This document shows positions 25,844 to 33,022 of a DNA stretch of 41,029 nucleotides, piece by piece. Both the position numbers and the translations under genes were made by a program. The stretch comes from Candidatus Woesearchaeota archaeon (GTDB taxonomy: Archaea > Nanobdellota > Nanobdellia > Woesearchaeales > GW2011-AR9), in contig JAAOXZ010000010.1 in NCBI GenBank assembly GCA_018221085.1, forward strand, positions 1-41,029, in the 5' to 3' direction. The notes beneath the pieces were generated by a model. That model searched no databases and was not told the DNA's origin. It saw nothing but the letters and a program-made list of their open reading frames with translations. Positions within the stretch are counted from its first letter, which is position 1; every line of letters begins with the position of its first letter.

Positions 25844-27376
25844 ATGAAAAACCATAATTTACCTCCCCATATGGAACAAGAACGAGTGAAGATAGAACAA
25901 TACGCTAGAGAGATGGGATTGGATTTTCCCCAGGTTATTTTTCAATTGTTAGATCATGAAGAATTATATGCGGTAGCGGCATATGGCGGTTTTCCTAATC
26001 GTTATCCCCATTGGCGTTTTGGGATGGAATACGAAAAAATGCATAAGGGATATTCTTATGGTTTGTCTAAGATATATGAAATGGTGATTAATAATGATCC
26101 TAGTTATGCTTATTTATTAGATTGTAATAATATGACAGAACAAAAAGCAGTGATGGCTCATGTTTATGGGCATGTAGATTTTTTTAAGAATAATTATCGG
26201 TTCGCTCCCACTAATAAGAAAATGATGGATGGGATGGCTAATCACGCGACAAGAATCAGAAAGTATGTAGATCGGTTTGGAATAAATCAGGTGGAGGAGT
26301 TCATTGATACTTGTTTGTCTTTAGAATCTTTAATTGATTTGGATGCTGTCCATTTAGCAGCTACAAAGCGGCGAAGAAGAGGCAGCAGAAAAAAGAGATC
26401 CGTCAAATTAAAAGTAGATCGGCAATATATGGATTCTTATGTTAATCCCCCGGAAGGATCTGGAGGGGAAAAATCAGAATTAGTGGGTCCGAGACTAAAA
26501 AGAAGATTTTTTGCTGAACCGGAAAAAGATGTGTTGGGTTTTTTGCTGAAAAAAGCGCCATTAAAACCCTGGCAGAGATCGGTATTGAGTATCATCAGAG
26601 AAGAAATGTATTATTTTGGTCCGCAGGGAGAAACTAAAATATTAAATGAAGGATGGGCTACCTTCTGCCATTCACGAATTATGACTGCTCGGGCTTTAGA
26701 TTCTTCAGAGATCGTAGATTATGCTGATTTTCATTCGGGTGGATCTTCACAATACCCCGGAAGATTAAATCCTTATGCCTTAGGTTTATCTTTACTGTTA
26801 GATATTGAAGACCGTTGGAATAAAGGTAGGTATGGTAAGGAGTATGAAGAATGTGATAATTTAGCTAAAAAATTAGCCTGGGATACTGGAGAAATGACTG
26901 GATTGGAGAAAGTGTTTGAGGTTCGGAAGAGATGTTCGGACTTAAGTTTTCTGGACGAATTTTTAACGCCCGAGTTTTGTGCTCAGCAAAAGTTATTTTC
27001 TTTTTCTAAGTATGATTTAAATGGTGGTGGAGCAATGTGGTTAGTGGATAGTAAAGAATTTCTTAAAGTCAAGGAAAAATTATTATTTAGTTTGACCAAT
27101 TTCGGCCAACCTTTTATTTATGTCACTGGTGCTAACTATGATAATCGAGGAGAGTTGTTGTTACACCATCGCTGGGAAGGCGTACCTTTGGATATGGAGT
27201 ATGCAGAACGGACATTGGTTAATTTAGAAAAATTGTGGGAACGACCAGTTAATTTGGAAACTTTTGTAATCCGGGAAAAGAATACTAATAATGGAGAATG
27301 GACGATGATGAATTGCGATTTAGGAGATGTAACTTCTTTTGAACTTGAGGAAAGAGATCTTTCTTATAAATATTGA
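25844..27376 (+). CDS. spoVR: SpoVR / YcgB family protein
   Basis: MAHVYGHVDFFKNN and ILNEGWATFCHSRIM are SpoVR signatures. It is the third gene of the conserved triad. Confidence 0.85.
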   Translation: MKNHNLPPHMEQERVKIEQYAREMGLDFPQVIFQLLDHEELYAVAAYGGFPNRYPHWRFGMEYEKMHKGYSYGLSKIYEMVINNDPSYAYLLDCNNMTEQKAVMAHVYGHVDFFKNNYRFAPTNKKMMDGMANHATRIRKYVDRFGINQVEEFIDTCLSLESLIDLDAVHLAATKRRRRGSRKKRSVKLKVDRQYMDSYVNPPEGSGGEKSELVGPRLKRRFFAEPEKDVLGFLLKKAPLKPWQRSVLSIIREEMYYFGPQGETKILNEGWATFCHSRIMTARALDSSEIVDYADFHSGGSSQYPGRLNPYALGLSLLLDIEDRWNKGRYGKEYEECDNLAKKLAWDTGEMTGLEKVFEVRKRCSDLSFLDEFLTPEFCAQQKLFSFSKYDLNGGGAMWLVDSKEFLKVKEKLLFSLTNFGQPFIYVTGANYDNRGELLLHHRWEGVPLDMEYAERTLVNLEKLWERPVNLETFVIREKNTNNGEWTMMNCDLGDVTSFELEERDLSYKY

Positions 27377-27395
27377 TTGGATTCTAACTTACCCG

Positions 27396-27558
27396 AAAGA
27401 TTTCCAAAAGATTTATACAAGAGAAAATACTTTGTATTTTCTAAGCATAACTCTCTCGAAAATCAAAGATTTCCAAAAGATTTATACAAGAGAAAATACT
27501 TTGTATTTTCTAAGCATAACTCTCTTGAAAATCAAAGATTTCCAAAAGATTTATATAA
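27396..27558. repeat. Tandem direct repeat, 69-nt unit x about 2.3, each full unit containing a 9-bp hairpin
   Basis: Copy 1 is 27396-27464 and copy 2 is 27465-27533, with one mismatch (C to T near unit position 61). Copy 3 is 27534 to about 27555 and diverges into TTTATATAA. Hairpins AGAAAATAC-TTT-GTATTTTCT lie at 27422-27442 and 27491-27511. Confidence 0.9.
27550..27558 (+). promoter_or_regulatory. TATA box for rps7 (leaderless geometry), formed by the third partial repeat copy
   Basis: AAAAGATTTATATAA. The TATA starts 32 nt upstream of the ATG at 27582. Confidence 0.5.
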
Positions 27559-27581
27559 CCAAGTAGGAAATAAAGCTAAAT

Positions 27582-28178
27582 ATGGAAATAAAGTTTTTTA
27601 ACCGATGGGATAGCGAAGGAATTGCAGTAGTAGATCCTGGTTTAGTGAGATATATAACATTAGAACCTCGGATTTTACCTAAAACTGGAGCTAGATACGC
27701 TGGAGACAGATTTCGTAAATCAGATACTTCCATTGTAGAAAGATTAGCTAGTAAATTGATGAGTTCTGGTCATAAAGGAAAAAAACATTTTATGAGTTCT
27801 GGCCATAATACTGGAAAGAAAAATAATGCTTTGAAAGTTGTAGAAAAAGCTTTGATAAAGATTGAACAGAAGTTGAAGAAAAATCCAATTGCTGTTTTGG
27901 TTAAGGCTATTGAAAATGCTGCCCCTAGAGAAGAAGTAATTGCTATTGAATATGGTGGAGCTAGATACCCTAAAGCAGTAGAAGTGGCCCCACAAAGAAG
28001 AGTTGATTTAGCTTTGAGATACATGACTCAAGGTGCTTATGTGCGTTCTTTTAATAAGAAAATGAAGGTTGAAGAAGCTTTGACTGATGAAATCATTAAT
28101 GCGGCTCAAGGAACTGTTAGAAGCACAGCAATAAGTAAGAAAAGAGATACTGAAAGACAAGCATCTAGTAGTAAGTAA
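27582..28178 (+). CDS. rps7: Ribosomal protein uS7, with an internal 11-codon tandem duplication
   Basis: KFFNRWDSEGIAVVDPGLVRYI.LEP...PKTGARYA and IVERLASKLM...GHNTGKK match archaeal S7. A duplicated MSSGHKGKKHF/MSSGHNTGKKN segment lies at 27759-27824. Confidence 0.92.
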   Translation: MEIKFFNRWDSEGIAVVDPGLVRYITLEPRILPKTGARYAGDRFRKSDTSIVERLASKLMSSGHKGKKHFMSSGHNTGKKNNALKVVEKALIKIEQKLKKNPIAVLVKAIENAAPREEVIAIEYGGARYPKAVEVAPQRRVDLALRYMTQGAYVRSFNKKMKVEEALTDEIINAAQGTVRSTAISKKRDTERQASSSK

Positions 28179-28236
28179 GGTTTCTATTGTTTTTAGAATT
28201 AGTTAAATTAAAAAATAAAAAAAGAAAAAGTTAAGT

Positions 28237-28611
28237 TTACTCACACGCACTACAATCATAGAACATACAGTTGTCTGCTAAAGAAGGTCTACATCCTGGC
28301 CTTATTTTCCATGTACATTCACATTTGTCAGTTTCTAAGAAGGTTCTAAAAATTATTCCTCCTCCGATGCCAATGGCTTCTCCGGCTAAGGCTTTATTAT
28401 CTGGGGCGATGGTTTTTTCCATTACTATCTTAACTTTTTTGCCAGATTCCTTAGCTAATTCTTCTGCTCCTTGATATCTTTCAAGTTCAGCACCAGAAAG
28501 TTCTAAACAAGTGGCAGTTGCTTCTCCGGCTAATGCTTCGTCTTCAGCACAACCAGTTAGGAAAGCAGCACTAATAACTAGCAAAGCTAATGTTAAAAAT
28601 ATTTTTTTCAT
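28237..28611 (-). CDS. Small lipoprotein with two AxAGEA motifs and a Cys-rich C-terminal tail
   Basis: MKKIFLTLALLVISAAFLTGC is a signal peptide with a lipobox. EALAGEA and KALAGEAIGIGG motifs are present. The last 28 aa contain 6 Cys (CECTWKIRPGCRPSLADNCMFYDCSAC). Confidence 0.7.
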   Translation of the reverse strand: MKKIFLTLALLVISAAFLTGCAEDEALAGEATATCLELSGAELERYQGAEELAKESGKKVKIVMEKTIAPDNKALAGEAIGIGGGIIFRTFLETDKCECTWKIRPGCRPSLADNCMFYDCSACE

Positions 28612-28754
28612 TTATTTCACCTCGTTTTTGTTTTTTTATTAATCGTTTACTTTTAAAGAGAAGTGATTTAGAGTATTTATATTTATCTGTTGAGCAGTAG
28701 TTTTTAGATTCGTTTTAGAATTAAAGAAAAAATTAAAAAAATAGTATTTCGGTT

Positions 28755-29129
28755 TTATGGCCACTTTTTTTGCACTTCAAGTTGAGGTATAGCAATGCCT
28801 CGATCTATAGCTACTTCTTCCGCAATCCTTCCTAATTTCATTACTGAAGTTAATTCTTCAGCAGAGATTCCATCTAAAACTGTTTTTACGTTCTCTAATG
28901 AAGCAAGTTCTATAGAAGTCATGATTTTTTTAGCAGATAAAGTACCTTTATCTAGTTCAGCAGTTATTTCTTGAACTGAGAGTTTTTTATCTAGCTTGGC
29001 TTCTAATTCTCCTACTGTTAAACCTCCTATACGAATGGCTTCACCAGCGATAGCGTCTTCTCTGGCACATCCCACTAAGAAAGAGGAGCTAACTACTAAT
29101 AAAGCCATTATTAAAAATATCTTCTTCAT
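28755..29129 (-). CDS. Small lipoprotein, paralog of 28237..28611
   Basis: MKKIFLIMALLVVSSSFLVGC followed by DAIAGEAIRIGG. It is the same length (124 aa). Its 22-nt 5' leader (29130-29151) is identical to 28612-28633. Confidence 0.7.
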   Translation of the reverse strand: MKKIFLIMALLVVSSSFLVGCAREDAIAGEAIRIGGLTVGELEAKLDKKLSVQEITAELDKGTLSAKKIMTSIELASLENVKTVLDGISAEELTSVMKLGRIAEEVAIDRGIAIPQLEVQKKWP

Positions 29130-29245
29130 TTATTTCACCTCGTTTTTGTTTAACTCTATTTTTTTTATTAAGAAGAGTTTAAAGGTATATATAGTTGTTG
29201 GTTTTAGACTAAATCTTTTTAAATGGAGGTGCGTATTTTAAGGGT

Positions 29246-30193
29246 ATGATTGTTTTAGGAATAGAGAGTACGGCCCATACCTTTGGAGTGGGAATTATGA
29301 ACTCTGAAGGGGAAGTTTTAGCTAACATTTTTGATAGTTATAGCTCTACTGAAGGCGGAATGGTGCCAGATAAAGTAGTTCAACATCATGAAGAAGTGGC
29401 GGAAAAAGTATTGGCAGATGCTTTATCAAAAGCTAAGGTTTCTTGGGAAGAGATAGAGTTTATTGCTTACTCTGCCGGTCCAGGTTTAGACCCGGCATTA
29501 TGGGCTGGCTACAAGAAAGCTCAAAAGTGGTCGGAAAAATATGGTAAAAAATTGGTGGGAGTAAATCACTGTGCGGCCCATTTAAGTATTGGAAAGGAAA
29601 TCAACGAGTTGGAAGATCCAGTTTATGTATATGTTTCGGGGGTTAATACTCAAGTAATTACATTTGATGGTGGAAAGTATCGGGTGATGGGAGAAACTTT
29701 AGATATTGGTTTAGGAAATATGTTAGACAAGTTTGGACGAGTAATTGGTTTGGGTTTCCCTGCCGGTCCAGATATTGAAAAATTAGCTAAGAAAGGAAAA
29801 TATATAGAATTGCCTTATGTAGTTAAGGGAATGGATACTTCTTTTTCTGGAATTTTATCAAAAGTAAAACAATTGTACGAAAAAGGAGTTAGTAAAGAAG
29901 ATTTGTGTTTTTCAGTACAAGAAGTTTGTTTTGCTATGTTAGCAGAAGTGAGTGAGAGAGCTTTAGCTCATACAAGTAAGAAAGAATTGTTGTTAGTGGG
30001 CGGAGTCGGAGCTAATAAACGGTTTTGTGAAATGCTGGCGATTATGTGTCAAGAAAGAGAAGCTAAATTTTATAAAGTACCAATGGATTTAGCTAGAGAT
30101 AATGCCGCTATGATTGCTTGGGAAGGATTTTTAAGGAAAGATACTCATGGCGATGAAGGCGTCAAGACTTTTTGGAGGGTAGATGAGGTTTAA
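29246..30193 (+). CDS. kae1: tRNA N6-adenosine threonylcarbamoyltransferase Kae1 (KEOPS catalytic subunit)
   Basis: VLGIESTAHTFGVGI, GPGLDPALWAG and VNHCAAHL are ASKHA-fold Kae1/TsaD motifs. A GGAGGTG RBS sits at 29226-29232. There is no Bud32 fusion. Confidence 0.88.
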   Translation: MIVLGIESTAHTFGVGIMNSEGEVLANIFDSYSSTEGGMVPDKVVQHHEEVAEKVLADALSKAKVSWEEIEFIAYSAGPGLDPALWAGYKKAQKWSEKYGKKLVGVNHCAAHLSIGKEINELEDPVYVYVSGVNTQVITFDGGKYRVMGETLDIGLGNMLDKFGRVIGLGFPAGPDIEKLAKKGKYIELPYVVKGMDTSFSGILSKVKQLYEKGVSKEDLCFSVQEVCFAMLAEVSERALAHTSKKELLLVGGVGANKRFCEMLAIMCQEREAKFYKVPMDLARDNAAMIAWEGFLRKDTHGDEGVKTFWRVDEV

Positions 30194-31091
30194 AATGGTT
30201 TACGATTTAATTGTGATTGGAAGCGGACCGGCTGGTTTAACAGCAGGATTGTATGCCTCTAGATATATGTTAAAAACTTTGATTATTGGTGAAATGAATG
30301 ATAGTGCCGCCGTAAAAGCGATTGAGGTATGTAATTTTCCCACTCGTGGTCGGATTGGCGGTTTAGACTTGATGCAGAAGATGAGAGATCAAGTTAAAGA
30401 ATTAGGGGCAGAGTTAAATGATGGAAAAGTAGTGGGCGTAGAAAAGAAAGCAGAAAGTTTTGTGGTAAAGACAAATAGTGAAGAGTTTGAAGCCAAAAAT
30501 ATTATTTTAGCCATGGGAAAAGAAAAAAGAAAGTTGAATTTGAAAGACGAAGATAGATTTTTAGGGAAGGGAGTCAGTTATTGTGCTACTTGCGATGCCG
30601 CTTTTTATGGTGGTAAAGAAGTAGCGGTGATTGGAGGTAGTGATTCTGCTTTAACTACGGCTTTATTGTTGAGTAAGTTTGCCGATAAAGTTTATATTAT
30701 TTATCGTAAAGAAAAGTTTTTCCGAGCAGTTCCTTCTTGGGTTAAAGAAGTGGAGAAAAATGATAAGATTGAAACTGTTTTTAATGCCGAAGTAGTAGAA
30801 TTAGTGGGAGATAATTTTTTGCAAGGAGTTAAGTTGAAGGATGGAAAAGAATTGGCTGTGGAAGGATTATTTGTGGAAGTAGGTTCTACGCCTTCTTCGG
30901 AGTTGGCTAAAGATTTGAGTGTTGATTTGGATGATAAAAGTTATGTTAAGGTAAATGAGAAACAAGAAACCAATGTTTCGGGAGTGTTTGCTTGCGGAGA
31001 TGTAACTAATAATGTATTAAAACAAATCATTACTGCTTGTAGCGAAGGGGCAGTAGCGGCTTTTGGAGCTTATGGATTATCAAATGAATGA
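30183..31091 (+). CDS. trxB: Thioredoxin-disulfide reductase
   Basis: YDLIVIGSGPAGLTAGLYA is the FAD-binding GxGxxG motif, CATCDA is the redox-active CxxC, and IGGSDSA is the NADPH site. The start is either 30183 (overlapping the kae1 stop) or 30195. Confidence 0.88.
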   Translation: MRFKMVYDLIVIGSGPAGLTAGLYASRYMLKTLIIGEMNDSAAVKAIEVCNFPTRGRIGGLDLMQKMRDQVKELGAELNDGKVVGVEKKAESFVVKTNSEEFEAKNIILAMGKEKRKLNLKDEDRFLGKGVSYCATCDAAFYGGKEVAVIGGSDSALTTALLLSKFADKVYIIYRKEKFFRAVPSWVKEVEKNDKIETVFNAEVVELVGDNFLQGVKLKDGKELAVEGLFVEVGSTPSSELAKDLSVDLDDKSYVKVNEKQETNVSGVFACGDVTNNVLKQIITACSEGAVAAFGAYGLSNE

Positions 31092-31659
31092 TCAAGAATT
31101 AAGTGACTATGTGTTGGATGGTGTTAAGAGGGCAAAAGAGCTGACTAAAGGAGATAATTGTATGCCCGCAGTTCTAGGTTATATTGCAGAATTAAATAAT
31201 TATTATAATCGTTTAGAAAAAAGTCCAGATGATTTTTCAGAAAGAAGAGGTTTCTTAGTGGATTTTAAAGAACATTTTGCGGCACCATATTTGACAGTTA
31301 TTGAAAACTTAGAAGAGCGATGCATGGATGTGGAGTTATCTAATATAAAGAATAAACGATATTGGGCCTTGGAGATTAAAGGAGGAGCTTTAACTGCACT
31401 TGTAGGGGGGATTATGGCGGCAAAAGTACATCCCGAATTTGGGGCTTTGGTAGTGGCGGGGGCAGTGTTAATAGTTCACGGAGCTTATTGTGCGTATAAA
31501 ACATTAACTTATACTGGAAAAGAAATTAGAAGTAATTTTGGAATTAGTCTGTTTTTTGAAGATAAAATAAAAGTAATAAATTCTATTGAAATTGAGCAAT
31601 TAGATGATGTTTTAATAGATCATCAAGAAGAAATAAAAGCAATATTACAAAATGAATGA
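31084..31659 (+). CDS. Hypothetical membrane protein (N-terminal helical domain + 2 TM), paralog A
   Basis: The ATG at 31084 sits in an ATGAATGA overlap with the trxB stop. The protein begins MNDQELSDYVL and contains LNNYYNR. Its hydrophobic core is GGALTALVGGIMAA...GALVVAGAVLIVHGAY. Confidence 0.6.
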   Translation: MNDQELSDYVLDGVKRAKELTKGDNCMPAVLGYIAELNNYYNRLEKSPDDFSERRGFLVDFKEHFAAPYLTVIENLEERCMDVELSNIKNKRYWALEIKGGALTALVGGIMAAKVHPEFGALVVAGAVLIVHGAYCAYKTLTYTGKEIRSNFGISLFFEDKIKVINSIEIEQLDDVLIDHQEEIKAILQNE

Positions 31660-32197
31660 ACAAGAAATAACGGATGTGGTATTGGGAAAGGCTAATGAGG
31701 CCTATATTAAAATTAATAGTTTAGCTGATGAAGATGGTAGTGCTATGGATCATTTTAGGGAATTGTTAAATTTTTATAATCGTCCACAAGATAGGGAAGT
31801 TTATTTACGAGATTTTAAGAGGTTTTATTTTAGTGATGTGGGAGAAGAGATAGAAGAAACCGAAAGAAAAGCAGCACATTGTAATCAGACGATAGGACGA
31901 TCAAAAAGTGCCTGTTATTTTAATGTGGCATTGGCAGTGGGATCGGGAGCAGGAATTTATTTTCATTGGACTTTTGGCATTCCGATGGTGTTTGCTATTC
32001 GATGGTTAAATCGAGCTTATGATCATGGAGTAAAAGCAACGGAAGATAAAGAACGATATGAAACTTCGTTGAAGGAATTAAAATCAAAAGAGGAACAAGT
32101 GAAAGAGATGAAACCAGAAGTGCTAGAAGAGGTGTTAGAGAAGAATAAAGAATCATTAATGGAGATTTATCATGAGTTACAGGAAATTCTCAACTGA
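31652..32197 (+). CDS. Hypothetical membrane protein, paralog B
   Basis: It starts in an identical AAATGAATGA overlap junction. MNEQEITDVVL, LLNFYNR and RDFKRFYF parallel paralog A. The central hydrophobic segment is followed by an E/K-rich tail. Confidence 0.6.
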   Translation: MNEQEITDVVLGKANEAYIKINSLADEDGSAMDHFRELLNFYNRPQDREVYLRDFKRFYFSDVGEEIEETERKAAHCNQTIGRSKSACYFNVALAVGSGAGIYFHWTFGIPMVFAIRWLNRAYDHGVKATEDKERYETSLKELKSKEEQVKEMKPEVLEEVLEKNKESLMEIYHELQEILN

Positions 32198-32966
32198 GAA
32201 TGCCGATTATTATCTAGTTTATGCGGCACATAAAGAAGTAACGGATGAAGATATTTTAAGGCAGCCCGAAATTGAAAGTCTGGATGCAATAGTTTTGGAA
32301 TCTGGGGAATTAGGATATAATGAAACAGAAATATTCATAGATACACAATATAGTGAAATAATTAAAAATATTAAGCAATCACAGAAAAAACCCTTAATTT
32401 ATTTGGTTGATGTTAATGTAACTGAGGAAGGAGAGTTGGGGGGATCGATAAGGGATGTTGCTTATTTGACCTTGGGAGTGGGATTGTCATTAGGTGCGAT
32501 TCGCGATTTTAAGAAAAAATCGAATAGGAGGCAGTTTTTAAAAGGCGGATTAAAAACACTAGCTGCATTGAGTACTTTTAGTATCCACTTCGGACAAATA
32601 ATTAATAGCCATATTAAAGGAAAGGCAATTCCTGTTTTTCCAGAGTTGAATTCTGCTGCAGGTTATTTTCTTCCTACGTCTTTGCATGAATTAAGGAATG
32701 CAATAACTGCAAGAAAGATAGAAGAATTTATTGTGCCAAAATTACAAAAAGAGTTGGGGAAAAAACCACTTATTGCCATAGTATATGGTGGTTTTCACGC
32801 AGGTATTGAAACAGATTTAAAATATGTTCAATTAAGAGATGTGGTGCTTAGTATATACAAAAAAATAGATTATGCTGGAATTAAAAAACATAATTTAAAT
32901 GCTGTTTTTGAGATTGATTTAAAGAATGGAATCTATGGGAGACACGATTTAAATAATATGTTTTAG
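32172..32966 (+). CDS. Hypothetical membrane protein, possibly distant TraB/GumN-like
   Basis: It overlaps the previous gene by 26 nt. YYLVYAAHKE...LDAIVLESGE and IAIVYGGFHAGIE loosely resemble the TraB-family HxS/VEL and GxGH motifs. A central TM hairpin has a KKKSNRRQFLKGG loop. Confidence 0.5.
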   Translation: MSYRKFSTENADYYLVYAAHKEVTDEDILRQPEIESLDAIVLESGELGYNETEIFIDTQYSEIIKNIKQSQKKPLIYLVDVNVTEEGELGGSIRDVAYLTLGVGLSLGAIRDFKKKSNRRQFLKGGLKTLAALSTFSIHFGQIINSHIKGKAIPVFPELNSAAGYFLPTSLHELRNAITARKIEEFIVPKLQKELGKKPLIAIVYGGFHAGIETDLKYVQLRDVVLSIYKKIDYAGIKKHNLNAVFEIDLKNGIYGRHDLNNMF

Positions 32967-33022
32967 TAAGACCAATAGCTTTATATATTTCTTTTAGTTT
33001 ATAATTAAAAAAAGGTGTGGTA

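Noticed and set aside
27396-27558. Possible mini-CRISPR array
   Set aside because: The copies are directly adjacent 69-nt units with no unique spacers, there are only about 2.3 copies, and no cas genes are nearby.
27339-27601. Two overlapping ORFs (27339..27566 and 27377..27601) encoding 23-aa repeat peptides across the 69-nt tandem repeat
   Set aside because: They are open only because a stop-free unit is repeated. Neither has an RBS or TATA-spaced ATG. The first starts inside spoVR. The second would need a TTG start and would run over the rps7 start. The repeat carries promoter-like and hairpin features that explain it better. A coding role is not fully excluded because the period is a multiple of 3.
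32517-32576. Twin-arginine (Tat) signal SNRRQFLKGG
   Set aside because: It lies at about residue 117-126, preceded by a TM helix and about 95 N-terminal residues with no alternative start nearby. It is more likely a positively charged cytoplasmic loop of a TM hairpin than a cleavable Tat signal.
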